Shown piece by piece: positions 25,777 through 38,967 of a stretch of 50,733 nt of DNA; the stretch's first letter is position 1; each line of letters begins with the position of its first letter. Made by a program: the position numbers and the translations under genes. The notes under the pieces were generated by a model, which ran no database searches, had not been told where the DNA came from, and saw only the letters and a list, made by a program, of their open reading frames with translations. The DNA is from Octopus bimaculoides (taxonomy: Eukaryota): the NCBI RefSeq assembly GCF_001194135.2, contig NC_068992.1, positions 24,356,608 through 24,407,340 on the forward strand, in the 5' to 3' direction.

Positions 25777-26121
25777 ACAGTTCTATATTTAAGAGATGAG
25801 GAATTATGTTCATTATTAACATTATTTACATTTGACGGTTATTGGCGGATATTGACGGAAAACCCACAGGCATATGTCGTAGTAGTTAAGAGCATTGGCT
25901 ACTAACCCCAAGACTCCGAGTTTGATTCCAGACAGTGACTTGAATGATGATAATAATAATAAGAAGAATGATAATAATAATATCGAAAATACGTTAGGAG
26001 TGAGAACCCATGTTCAAAATTTCCCCAAGACACCTGATGAAGGCTGGAGAGTATATCAGCCAAAACATTGTGCTAACAACAAACAAGATGAGGACAGATA
26101 TCCGTCAAATGTAAATAATAT
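25777..26121. mobile_element. Second insertion of the palindromic tRNA-head/hammerhead element; one arm internally deleted
   Basis: 12-bp direct repeat ccataccagcat at 25765-25776 and 26122-26133, inside another SINE tail. Terminal inverted match attatttacatttgacgg / ccgtcaaatgtaaataat. Confidence 0.8.
26029..26074 (+). ncRNA. Degenerate minimal type I hammerhead motif
   Basis: GACAC-CTGATGA-A-GGCTG(gagagtatat)CAGCC-AAAA-CAT-T-GTGCT. GAAA>AAAA and ACGT>ACAT are consistent with CpG decay. Confidence 0.6.
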
Positions 26122-27064
26122 CCATACCAGCATGTAAAACAGATGTTAAAGGATGATGATGATGATGGAGGTGGTGGTGGTGGTGGTGGCAGTGTCGGCA
26201 GCGACGAAAGCGACGCTGATGACGATGATGATGACAAGGTAATTCATTCTATAAAGAAAACCTAAAGCAATAAAAGACAGAGTGAACCCTGGTCAGCATT
26301 TGAACTCAGAACCTAATGGCTGTAACTAAAATACCGGAAAGCTCTTCCAGTTCTATTTTTCGTTTTTTTTTTACTTTTTTCTTTGATAGTTTGTTTTCCT
26401 CACTGTCTCAACTGTTGCCAAAGTTTTATAACTCAGAGGAATTCCGATATAAATTCTGCAGAAAGAGATGCTAACGTCATAAACCACATACATTCATATG
26501 CTCAACCACATCTACACAATGACAGTTGGAATGGTTAAAGCATTTTAATAAGAGTCCCTTCAGTATTTATTTCTTGATATCATTTCTACCAAGAGACATA
26601 ATCACAAGTATTGATTGATATATTCCTTCATTGATAATTTAACTAATTTATATCATTAGAAAATCTCTGCTGAGCTGACTATGGAATACAATTGCCTGCA
26701 AGTCTATAGCTTGCTTCGTATAATAATTAAATGATTTCTCTAACATTCAAATGTTATGGGATTTGCCGATTAATTTTAGATATTTAACAAGGGTGAATCA
26801 CTCCCAGCCTTGCGACTGATTAAATAGTTTTAAACTGCTTTAAAAATATCTGGATGTCAACAATAATTTAAGAATCCCAGCATATGTGTTTATTTTTAGA
26901 ATTAAAAAAAATGAGCTGAAGCAAAAATTCTAAAGATCTCTTCTATTTTGAACTAAAATCTTTAATAACTTAAGTCAAATTTTACATCTGCAATAACAGG
27001 ATATAAGATATTAAGGAGGGAAGAAAGAACTAATGTAATATATACATTGCAGTATAGCATTCCA

Positions 27065-27725
27065 CAGGTGCTGGAGTGGCTGTGTGGTAAGAAGTCTACT
27101 TCCCAACTACATGGTTACGGGTTCAGTCCCACTGCATGGCACTTTGGGCGAGTGTTTTTTACTATAGACTTGGGCTGATCAAAAACCTTGCGTATAGATT
27201 TCGTTGGTGGAAACTGAAAGAAGCTCATTGTGTATATATCATTTAGTTGTTTCAGTTATTTGACTGTGGCCACACTGGGGCACCAGCTTGAAAGGTTTTA
27301 GTTCGAACAAACCAACCCCAGGACATATTTCTTTGAAAGCCTAGTACTTATTTTATAGGTCTCATTTGTCGAACTGGTAAGTTATGGGTATGTAAACACA
27401 CCAACACCGGTTGTCAAGCAGTGGGGTGGCGGGGAAAAACACAAACACAAAGGCACACACATACACACACACACACATATGACAGGCTTCTTTCAGTTTC
27501 CGTCAACCAAATTCATTTACAAGTTTTGTGTGTGTGTATGTGTGTGTGTGTATGTGTGTGTGTCTGTCTCCTTCATCCCTGCTTGACAAGAGGCCAATAG
27601 AGTAAGCACTAGGTTTAAAAATAAAATAACTTCAGTCATGGGAGTCGATTTATTAAACTAAAATTCTTCAAGGCACTGCTCCAGCCTGGCCACAGTCTAA
27701 TGACTGACACAAGTAAAAGATAAAA
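27065..27725. mobile_element. Nested or adjacent SINE family B copies (+ head, - full, + tail)
   Basis: Head ggagtggctgtgtggtaagaag at 27071; inverted copy 27240-27520. Confidence 0.7.
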
Positions 27726-29346
27726 GATACGAAGGAAGAAAACTAAAGTCAAATCGTGTCAATATATTCAGTGATTCAATAAATTGGATTAATCACAAAA
27801 GTAATTTAAAAGTAAAATATTGCAGGAAGTGATATTTTTAAGTATAGTCTTGATATTGAAAATCAATAACCAGAAAAAGTTCTAAGATGCTGATTGGAAA
27901 AAATAGGATTGATAATCCTTAAGTTTAAGAAGAATAAGTTCCAATTTATCTTGCATGCACACACACAAACGATTTTTTCAAATCTAAAACTTCTAAAAAA
28001 CCTCATCATTATCATCGTCATCCTCATTTAATGTCTGTTGTCAATGCTGACATGGTGTGGATGGCTTGACAAGGAATTGTTAAGTCAGAAATACTGCACT
28101 AAGCCCTGCTGTTTAGCTGTCTCTGATTTAGCATGGTTTCTACAGCTGAATGCTCTTCATAACGCCAGCTACTTTACAGAGTGTAATGGGTGCTTTTTAC
28201 GTGGCACCAGCAGCAGCAGTGAGATCACCAAGTAATTTATAAGGCAAGGCACCCTCAACTGAGGTGGGACTAGTATTGAGGGGCAGCAACAGGAAATTAG
28301 GCCGTTATTTCTTGTAAAATTAATAACCACATGCAGACCATGTTTTACTGAAAAATAATACATTCGTTTCCTTAGTTCTCAGCTTTTTTATTGCTCCAAA
28401 GTAAAAAGGAGTAAAATGATTGAGTGAAAGTGATATAGAAACACATACTGAGTTCTAGAAACAAAACCACAGAACTGAAAACAAAAATACGATGGGAACT
28501 AGGTAAAAGAATGTATTATTTTCATCAGAAAGTAGCCTGTATGTGATTATTCAGTTTGCAAGAAATAACAGCGAAATCATCTTCGATTTGTCGTAAAAAT
28601 ATAAGAATGCATTGAATATAGTGCTCTTTGATTCTCTGTACATAATAAAACAGTGAGAAATAAACTATTGCAGTTGAATTAATTACTTCATAAAGCCAAA
28701 ATGGAACACAGGCTGATAGTGTTTAACAGGTAAAACAATGAATACAAGTTGGAAAGGATTCATGACACAAATATAAACAATGAAGTGAAATTTTCCTGAG
28801 TCATCAGTTTGACTAGAATATTGATATATGTCTAATTAGTTAATATGCTTAGCAAACATCAATAATTCGTTAACAAAAAAACAGTAAAGGCACATGGCCT
28901 AGTGGTTAGGGTGTTACACTCATAATCATAAGATTGCAGTTTCAATTCCTAGACAGGGCGATGCATTGTGCTCTTAAGCAAAACACTTTGCTTCTTGTTA
29001 CTCTAGTTTGCTCAGTTGTAAATAAATAAACTTGTGCTGCAATAGGCTGGCATTCATTTTGAGGAGAATGTAGTGATGTTGCCCACTTGCATGTCATGGA
29101 ATCCAGGTAATTGGCCCTCCAAGTCCTAGGACTCTCAGACATTAAGTCCCAGTGGTTGGTCTTTTACTTGATTTAGTCAGACTGCTCGTGATTGGGCACA
29201 GCCCTTGAAGAATTTTTAGTCAAGTGAGTCAACATCAATAATTATATCTTTCTAAGCCTGGTGCATATTCTATTTAATCTTTTTTGCTAAACTGCTAGGT
29301 AACTGAGATGAAAACACACAAACACCGGTTGTCAAATAGTGGTGTA

Positions 29347-29412
<66 letters not shown>

Positions 29413-29812
29413 ATCATTATCATCATCATCATCAGCATTAAACATCCGTTTTCCATGCTGCCATAGGTTGTATGGCTTGACTGGAACTGGCAAGACCAGG
29501 GGGCCACACCAAGTTCCATATATATATACATGACAGGCTTCTTCCAGTTTCCATCTACCAAATCCACTCACAAGGCTTTGGTCAGCCCGAACCTATTGTA
29601 GAAGACACTTGTCCAACTATTTTCACACATAATTATACAATACTTATATGATGGTTTGTTTGTGTTTTTAATCACAACTTATAATTCAACTCATAATCGA
29701 GGGTTTTATTTTCTTTCCTTTAAGGAGCAAATGACCAGCATAGGACATCGCACATTGTAGTTTCAATTACAAATGGAACATCATCCAAATCTCTACCTTC
29801 ATTCTACAGCCA

Positions 29813-29843
<31 letters not shown>

Positions 29844-31629
29844 NNNNNNNNNNNNNNNNNNNNNNNNNNNNNNNNNNNNNNNNNNNNNNNNNNNNNNNNN
29901 NNNNNNNNNNNNNNNNNNNNNNNNNNNAGAGAGAGGGAGAGAAAGAGATACATATGTATATACATACATATACACACACACATATATATACTTATACATA
30001 CATACATAGATATATGTATATATATGTATATATATATATACATATATGCGTGCGCATGTGTGTCTATATATAAAGGCAACCAGCTGGCAGAATTGTTAGC
30101 ACTGTGGGTAAAATGCTCAGTTGCAATGTTGTGAGTTCGAATTCTGCTGAAGCCATTCTTTGTCTTTCATCCTTTTGGGGTTGATAGGACGAAAATCAGT
30201 TGAACACTGGGACCGATGTAGTCGACTTACCCTGCTTCCCCAGAATTGCTGGCCTTGGGCCAAATTTTGAAACCAATATGTGTGCATATATATATATATA
30301 TAACAATAGGCCTCTATAAATACCTATATAGCAACCTAGCATTATGTTCAACCTCCGCATTTCTATACACGAAGGTACCGTTCTTCATATATCCTGCCAA
30401 AATATTCTTATTTTACATGCCAAAGTAAAATAAATGTTTGCAAACGGAATACTTCGAGTCTGTCTGTTTTTGTCACAAAGATTATCCCTAAGGAATCTTT
30501 TCATGGTTGAACATTATCATCCAAATTTATACATCAAGAGAATGCTTTTATTTCCCATTCCAAATGCTGGCTTTATATCCAGTGAAAATAAGAATATCCT
30601 AAACAGACTTAATATTCCCATGGCATTTGTATTGAGTGTTGGCTATCAATGGAACATATTGTCATGAAAAGACATTCAGGCAATTTCTAAGAGAAATAAG
30701 AAGAAGTAAATATTAACATATTGAACATGGAAATGTAAGGAATGATAATAACTATTGTGCTATTTATTTTTGAGCTTCCTTTAATTAAACTGTGGGATAA
30801 TATCACTAAATATATTGGGATGCAGGAGAAACAGATTTCTTGTACATTGTGTGCGTGGTATGTATGTATTTATGTATGTCTGCATGCATGTATGTAATAT
30901 CAGTGTGTGGATGGGTGAGTAGATGTGTGTGGATAATTTCTTTTCCCCTTTTAGATTTTAGCTATTTCATTCCCTTAGCTACAAATGTCTAAAATGCAAA
31001 TACATACAACAATTAAACACGTAGATGTATTAAAATGTATANNNNNNNNNNNNNNNNNNNNNNNNNNNNNNNNNNNNNNNNNNNNNNNNNNNNNNNNNNN
31101 NNNNNNNNNNNNNNNNNNNNNNNNNNNNNNNNNNNNNNNNNNNNNNNNNNNNNNNNNNNNNNNNNNNNNNNNNNNNNNNNNNNNNNNNNNNNNNNNNNNN
31201 NNNNNNNNNNNNNNNNNNNNNNNNNNNNNNNNNNNNNNNNNNNNNNNNNNNNNNNNNNNNNNNNNNNNNNNNNNNNNNNNNNNNNNNNNNNNNNNNNNNN
31301 NNNNNNNNNNNNNNNNNNNNNNNNNNNNNNNNNNNNNNNNNNNNNNNNNNNNNNNNNNNNNNNNNNNNNNNNNNNNNNNNNNNNNNNNNNNNNNNNNNNN
31401 NNNNNNNNNNNNNNNNNNNNNNNNNNNNNNNNNNNNNNNNNNNNNNNNNNNNNNNNNNNNNNNNNNNNNNNNNNNNNNNNNNNNNNNNNNNNNNNNNNNN
31501 NNNNNNNNNNNNNNNNNNNNNNNNNNNNNNNNNNNNNNNNNNNNNNNNNNNNNNNNNNNNNNNNNNNNNNNNNNNNNNNNNNNNNNNNNNNNNNNNNNNN
31601 NNNNNNNNNNNNNNNNNNNNNNNNNNNNN

Positions 31630-31935
31630 GTGAAAAGTCATTCGAGCGAGATCGTTGCCAGTGCCGCTGGACTGGCTCCTGTGTAGGTGGCACGTAAAAG
31701 ACACCACTTTGAGCATGGCCGTTGCCAATACCGCCTGACTGGCCTTCGTGCTGGTGGCACGTAAAAAGCACCCACTACACTCTCGGAGTGGTTGGCGTTA
31801 GGAAGGGCATCCAGCTGTAGAAACTCTGCCAAATCAGATTGGAGCCTGGTGTAGCCATCTGGTTCACCAGTCCTCAGTCAAATCATCCAACCCATGCTAG
31901 CATGGAAAGCGGACGTTAAACGATAATGATGATGA
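31630..31935 (+). mobile_element. SINE family C
   Basis: Nearly identical to 15550-15835. Confidence 0.8.
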
Positions 31936-32942
31936 TATATATAGGGTGAGGGAGATGGTATGTGAAAGCACGTGGTTGGATGTATAAAAAACAAAATACA
32001 AAATAGAATGAAAAAACTACAGAAGACTTGAATTATGCGGTTAAAAAATATATTAAAATCATCACGTTAGGAAAATGATATAAAATTTTGTGTACAGTGA
32101 CATTGTTTCAGGAGAAATAACCGGTTTCGCATTTTCCATTCAATTTTCTTTAACAATATATATATATATATATGACACGACATTGGTAAACAAGTTTTGG
32201 GTAAAAACCTTGTACAAAGCTATTGTTATCTAGAATGCTTATTTATTATCCCTATATGCTTAATTTTATTTTTCATTTTATTCTTCATTTGTAATCTAAT
32301 CGTTGAAGATAGAATTGTAATTTATAGTTAACTTGACACATTTTTTGTCTATTTCTATGTGTCTGTATTTTGTCTGTAAACTGCTGAAAATGACACCTCA
32401 CTGTAGGCATGCATTCTCACACTGAATGAAATGGCAGAAGGATCTAATAAAGAACTTATTTAATCAATCACCTGACAAAGTGCATTTTATGCCTTGCCTG
32501 TTTGATAATAATTACACTACATCACAACAACAGGCGTAAAGATGTGTCGAAACAATTGTAGTGGCTTTAAATAAAGAATGTCGTTCATTCAAGTTTCTAC
32601 CATTTATATATATGTGAATGTGTGTGTGTGTGTGTGTGTGGGCACATAACTCAGTAGTTAGGGAGTTCCACTTGTGATTTCTAGAACATGATTCCATGAT
32701 GACAATTTCCAGACTGAATGGTGTGTTGTGTTCTCGAGCAAAACACTAAATCTCACATTGCCCTGTGGCCACTTCAATACCTGACATGTGGTACACTGTG
32801 CACCTGTTCAGACAACATCAATTTGATGGAGAGACTGAGCTAAAATGTAGCACAAACATTTCATCACTAAATAAATTATTTGTGCAGGGCATTCATACAT
32901 GTATATGTATATATAATATATAAAATAGTACATTTGTCAGAT

Positions 32943-32986
32943 GGGACCTTGATGACTGCCACGAGGCAGGAAAGTATACTAGTCCT
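32943..32986 (+). ncRNA. Minimal type I hammerhead motif (one extra T in the CUGANGA box)
   Basis: GGGAC-C(T)TGATGA-CTGCC(acga)GGCAG-GAAA. Palindromic helix III AGTATACT, cleavage base A at 32981, then GTCCT pairing with GGGAC. Confidence 0.7.
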
Positions 32987-33266
32987 TATATATTTAATAC
33001 TCAATATTTCATATATTCAATAAGACATTCAATACTTCATTTCATTTTACTATTTATATTATATATTCCATATCCCACATTAATTTTATAAGAATATAAA
33101 TAAAGCATAAAAAATGGACAGAGTTGGAACTCTTAAATATAATATATTCCTCTATACACGACCATACAAAACCCTTTTTTATATATTTTTTTTCTTATTC
33201 ATATATATATATATATATCATCATCATCGTTTAACGTCCCCTTTCCATGCTAGCATGGGTTATAAA

Positions 33267-33297
<31 letters not shown>

Positions 33298-33500
33298 CAT
33301 ATGGAGACAGCGATTATATATCACCTGAGGAAATACAACTAGGTCTTATTATACAGGTAATCCGTTAGTTAATTTAAATCCTGTATATATGTGGATGTAT
33401 GTTATATCGAAACGTGCTGTGGTCATTAAACAGATATCAAACCATACTCCCTCTGCCTTTCAACTATTCTTTCCTATGTGTGTGTATGTATGTATGTATG

Positions 33501-33561
<61 letters not shown>

Positions 33562-34829
33562 ATGTGTGTGCGTGTGTAGCATACATATGTGTGTTTCTTT
33601 ATATATGAACATATATCTGTATGAGAACATGCAAGGTTTCTAAGTAGTTATGTTTTGAGGTCTGTGCATATAAAATTTAGTCTCGACCATGTTATCAACA
33701 GCATCTATGATATTGGGCTTTTCCCAATCACCTCTAGCTGTAGACTTATTCCCCCATGAATTACTTTTATCAGTAGTTTCAAAATTCTTCTAGGAAAAAC
33801 ATCCTGAAGTTGGCTCTGAAAATTTGATCCACAGGCAGGTGCAAAAGAGTCATGTTTTTGGAAATAAATTCTACTCTCCCAATATGAAAGAGTTCATTTA
33901 AGTTGAATGGCTGGTCTGGTATGTTGTCAAAAAGGAGTAATTCTTTGTTGGACAGACTTTGCCTGGGATTAAATAAATAAGTAAAGTTTTCTTCTTGAGT
34001 CATGCTGACTCATAAGGGCCAGTTTCCTGGTATATTCTCCTCCTGGATGGGATGCTAGTCCATTAGAGGATTACTCCTTTTTTGCCATATGAGTGAACCT
34101 GAGTAACATGGAATGAAGTGTTTTGCTCAAGGACACAACGCTTGACCCTGTCCAAGAATTGAAACCACGATCTTACAGTCATGAATCCAACACCTGAACC
34201 ACTAAGCCACATAAGTCTACTTGTGCATGATATTGAATCAACAGGGCTTAAATCGTCTTGGAAAATGCTCGTAGTCATCAAAAGCTGATTTGAATGCTAA
34301 AACATGCATCTCTTGGAATCCCTTAGTTTTTTTGGGTTTTTTTTTGGCAAAATACAGAAATATGACCTTTCGTTTTATATCACAAGGCACCATTTAATCT
34401 CATAAAAAGCATCAGGTTATTTTCTAGAAACTCTAAAGCCTGCTTCTTTATTTTTTTCTAACAGAAACACACTTCCAGAAAAGCCTAGTTTCTTCACAGT
34501 GCACTTGCTATGATGTGGAGCATCTTTAGAGCAATAATTTTCCTCAGTTACTCAGAATAATTTAGTAGCAACTTCTGCCTCAGCACTTATATAATATGAT
34601 ATATATATTCATTTAGCATATACTGATAGAAATTTCATCTAACCATACTGATCACAAGAGAAGACAAGCAGATTCTCTGAAATGGCTACTGAAGGAAGAT
34701 ATATTTACTATAAACTGGAAATAAATTCTACCATGTTATCACCATGCTTGCTGTTGAAGCATCCATGTTTTCTGCAAACATTTACCAATCATCTTAAAAT
34801 CCTTTAAGCCATTTTATAGTATGTACGTG

Positions 34830-35330
34830 AGACTGGGACCTTTGGAGATATGCTGTGATTGAGAAGACCTGGCATCTAAAGTGAGAGTGCAGCCATGCAT
34901 GTCCGACCCTGTTACGAATACCCCTGATGCATTGGGCAATATGATATGCTTGAGAAGACCTGTTCAGTCAAGTAAAAACAATATTGTAGCTGTGGCCAGT
35001 GACCCCTGATTGGTTTCCATGCTGGTAGCATGTAAAAAGCACCATGGTCGATGCCAGGTCTGCCCGACTGGTTCCCACGCCGGTGGTACATAAAAAGCAC
35101 CATCTGAATGTGATCGATGCCAGGCCTGTCTGATTGACTGGCTCCTGTGCTAGTTGCACATAAAAAGCACTCACTACACTCTCGGAGTGGTTGGCGTTAG
35201 GAAGGGCATCCAGCTGTAGAAACCTTGCCAGATCAGATTGGAGCCTGGTGCAGTTGCTGGCTCTCCACACCTCAGTCAAACAGTCCAATTCTTGTCAGTA
35301 TGGAAAACAGACGTTAAGCTATGATGATAA
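34830..35330 (+). mobile_element. SINE family C, longer copy with internal tandem subunits
   Basis: Three g(c/t)a(c/t)(g/a)taaaaagcac units precede the common tail. Confidence 0.7.
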
Positions 35331-35569
35331 TGAATGTAAGAACAGAACTGCAATAGCTAAATCTTGATGAATTAATCCATTGAATAAGTAGTGTGGGTGG
35401 GATTAACAGAATCAGTAGTAGACTAGATGAAATATTTCATCACATTTGGTTATGTTATTTTATGGTTTGTGTTCAAATCTTCTCAACACCAACTTCACCT
35501 TTAATCCTTCTAAGAATGATTAAACAAACACTAGTCCATAAAACGAATATAATTGACAAGGCAGTAATG

Positions 35570-36000
35570 CCCAAATTTCAAATTTTGGTACAAGTCCAGC
35601 AATTTTTGGATGGTGGGTTAAGTTGATTAAATCCTCCTCAGGGATCAGCTGGTACTTATTTTATTGACCCTGAATGGCTGAACGGCAAAATCAGCCTCAG
35701 CAGAATTTGAACTCAGAACGTAAAAGACAGATGAAATACCAGTAAGCATTTCTGTCAGCTCACCACCATACTTTCAGCTAAATATTCTTTTCTACTCTAG
35801 GCATAAGGCCCGAACCTTTAAGGAAGGTGGGGGTCAGTAAATTAGATCGACCCCAGTATGCAACTGGTACTTAATTTATCGACCCTGAAAGGATGAAAGG
35901 TGAAGTTGCCCTCGGTGGCATTTGAAATCAGAACGCAAAGACAGACAAAATGCCGGTAAGTATTTTGCCTGGTGTGCTAACAATTCTGTCTGCTTGCCAC
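35570..36000 (-). mobile_element. Two SINE family A copies
   Basis: Family A domains on the minus strand. Confidence 0.75.
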
Positions 36001-36386
36001 CATATTTTGAGCTAAACATTAAAAACTTTATGACACAGTTCTTTTGAAAGAATAGATAGAGCAAGGTCAACTTATTCGATGAGAAGAGACACCAGTGATG
36101 GTTTTCACATTCAAGAGTTGCAACGCGTATATATTTAAAAAAAATTATTAAGAAAATATTACAACCTCATAGTTTTACTCTGTAGAATAGATTGATTAAT
36201 GTTTGTTGAGGACAAAAATTAGTAGTTAACAATAAGAAAATTAATGAAAACAAAATGATTTATCATTTTAGCTAACATCAATAAAACAAACATTGAACAT
36301 CTTGTTATCACAAAAAGAGAACAATACAAGGAATAAAAAACAGAAAATGGAAGTGTGAAATTATTGTTGTTTTTCCATCTACTCAC

Positions 36387-36597
36387 CTAATACTGTTAGA
36401 TTGACTTGAACAGCTATTTTTGTATTTGAAGGAATTTGGCATTCATAGGTTCCAGCATGTTTTTTTTCCACATTTTCAATGATTAGATCCCATTGTTCAC
36501 GTTTATTGTCATTGCGTATTTTATATTTTGGATCTGGTTCAAATACAAAAGTTCCAATCGTTAAGGGACTAGTGGATGGTAGTTTCCGCCATGCTAC
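36387..36597 (-). CDS. Internal exon (211 bp, phase 0 to 1): remainder of the same Ig domain
   Basis: Acceptor cttaatgactttcag|GTA and donor TTA G|gtgagt. Peptide VAWRKLPSTSPLTIGTFVFEPDPKYKIRNDNKREQWDLIIENVEKKHAGTYECQIPSNTKIAVQVNLTVL has the C-strand Trp, W-x-L-x-I, and HAGTYEC (D-x-G-x-Y-x-C type). The V-x-W-R...L-T-I-G...D-x-x-Y pattern is typical of dpr-family Ig1. The phase-1 end is typical of Ig domain borders. Confidence 0.92.
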
Positions 36598-36885
36598 CTG
36601 AAAGTCATTAAGAAACACAATGATAAATGGGAATTAATGGCCGTGTTTAATTTAAAATTGTAAAGAGATAAAATTTAAAGAAGAAATATATAGCAAACAT
36701 AGAAGATAGAAAAATAAAATTATCAGGCATCATGACTGTGTGGTAAGAAGCTTGCTTCCCAACCATGTGGTTCTGGGTTCAGTTTCACTGTGTGGCACCT
36801 TGGTTAAGTGTCTTCTACTATAGCCTTGGGCCAACCAAAGCCTTGTGAGTGGATTTGGTAAATGGAAACTGAAACAAGCTCTACC

Positions 36886-36922
<37 letters not shown>

Positions 36923-37193
36923 GTTCAAATTTACAGAAAACAAAAGATGAAGACAGGTGGGGAACAGCGAGCAGGTGTATTAGTTTGATGCTTTGTAAGA
37001 ATGGAAAAGTCCTTGATGTTTTGAGCCTATGATTTTTGACAGAAAGGGTTGAGAGGGAAAAAAATGGAGAGAAAACAGAAAAAGAAAATGCATGTTTTTG
37101 TGTTTGCCTCCCAGTACTGCCTGACAATTGGTGTTGGTGTGTTTATGTTCCCGTAACTTAGCAATTTGGCAAAAAGAAACCAACAGAATAAGT

Positions 37194-37373
37194 CAACCTG
37201 CTTGACTGCTAGATCCGCAAGGTTTTTTATTCTCTCTGTTTATTTTTTCTTATTCCTTTCTGATGAAGTGTGTAAGCTCGAAATGTAAAAGAATTTCTCA
37301 CTTTCATGAATGTCAAACTACTACACCTGCTTGTTGTTCATACACCTGTCTTTTGTTTTTCTATAAATTTCAG
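37194..37373 (+). mobile_element. 180-bp hammerhead-bearing insertion (Penelope pLTR-like) inside a SINE
   Basis: Flanked by caacagaataagt (37181-37193) and caatagaataagt (37374-37386); the host SINE tail resumes afterwards. Confidence 0.7.
37256..37291 (+). ncRNA. Degenerate minimal type I hammerhead motif
   Basis: CTTT-CTGATGA-A-GTGT(gtaa)GCTC-GAAA-TGT-A-AAAG. Helix II and III carry substitutions relative to an inferred GAGC/GCTC and ACGT. Confidence 0.55.
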
Positions 37374-38967
37374 CAATAGAATAAGTAATAGACTTTAAAA
37401 AAATAATAAGTCCTTGGGTTGATTTGTTCAACTAAAACTCTTCAAGGATGTGCCCCAGCATGGCCACAGTCTAATGAATGAAACAAAGAAAAGGTAGAAG
37501 ATAAAAATCATCTGTTTTTGTATTTGGTTTGCAAGATTCTTAATGTGAATTCACAAGTTTGAAGGAATCTTGTTGAGTCTTGGGAGGGTCATCACACCAA
37601 TAATGATAAGTACAAGCACTGGTTCGATATCACTTCTTTATTGTTTGCCAATTGGTTAAATATTTAGCCAATTAAGTAATCGACTGTTTTGTTTGATGTA
37701 CTGGTTAAACAATCAATCGGTTGTTTGTTTGTCAACGAGAAGGTCATGAATAGCAAAGGGGAAGAGGAAAAACTGAAAGGAACAATGAGGGATAGAATGA
37801 AAGAAAGAAGGAAATAGGGAACGAACAAAAAGAATGAAAGAAAAAAAGCGAAAGAAAGAAAGAGGGAGAGAAAAGAAAGAACGGAAGAAAGAAAGAAAGA
37901 AAATGAAACTACATAAAATTGTTAAATGTCAGTGTGACTTTCTTTTCGAATGTCCATTCATGAAGAAATCTCACAGATTTCCTAACTGCAAATTATTGTA
38001 TCATTTGTATGTTGATTTAAGTTATTTAGTAATTACACATTTTTTTAGCAGTTTTTTTTTTTTGTCATTTATTCTTTTGACTTTTTTTTTTAAACAACAT
38101 TTAAAAAAAATTATTTTCATGTTTTCTCTGTGTGCACGAGTATACGTCTATGTGTATGCGCATGTGTGAGAGAGATGAGAGATGTGGGGAGAAGAACTGA
38201 AAAGAAAAGATTTTATGTGTTGCATAGCATCAAGTTCATTTACCTCGAATTCAATTAGATAAAAAATACATACATATATATAAATAAAGAAAAATGAAAA
38301 ATGAAATTAATTTATTGATTTTGATGTTTTTGTCTTTCATCATATGCAACATATTATACAGTATTGAATAAATAGTGAGATCAATAACAAAATATTTCTC
38401 CATGGTGAAGACTAGTTCTGAAAAATCAAATGGAATAACAAAACCATACAAAGAAAAACAATGACCTTCTACACCAATTTTGCTTGTGTTATCAATGTTT
38501 AAAAAATATTTATATGATTTTTGAAGTTTAATAACCTTTGAAGAAATGTAGCAAAAAAACAAAACAAAAAAAAAAAGAATGTGTGTGTGTAAATTTTAAA
38601 AAAGGGTATAATCATGACTGTGGGGTAAGGAGTTAGCTTCTCAATCACATAGGTCCAGGTTCAGTCCCACTTGTATGATACCTTGGGCAAGTATCTTCTA
38701 CTATAGCCTCAAGCCAAGCAAAGTCTTGTGAATGGATTTGGTAGATGGAAACTCAAAGAAGTCCATCATATGTACCAACCGAACTGGCACGTAAAAAGTA
38801 CCCACTACACTCTCGGAGTTGTTGGCGTTGGGAAGAGCATCTAGCTGTAGAAACTCTGCCAAATCAGATTGGAGTCTGGTGTAGCCATCTGGTTTGCCAG
38901 TCCCCTGTCAAATAGTCCAACCCATGCTAGAATGGAAACCGGGCATTAAATGATGAGGATATATATA

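Larger units (their letters stand above)
36725..37500 (+). mobile_element. SINE family B interrupted by unrelated sequence and the hammerhead insertion
   Basis: Head at 36725; tail split at 37193/37374. Confidence 0.7.

Noticed and set aside
25869-25935. tRNA gene call for the tRNA-like heads (also 49625-49698)
   Set aside because: A/B boxes are present but no convincing acceptor stem closes, and the sequence is part of a repeated element, so it is treated as a SINE head.
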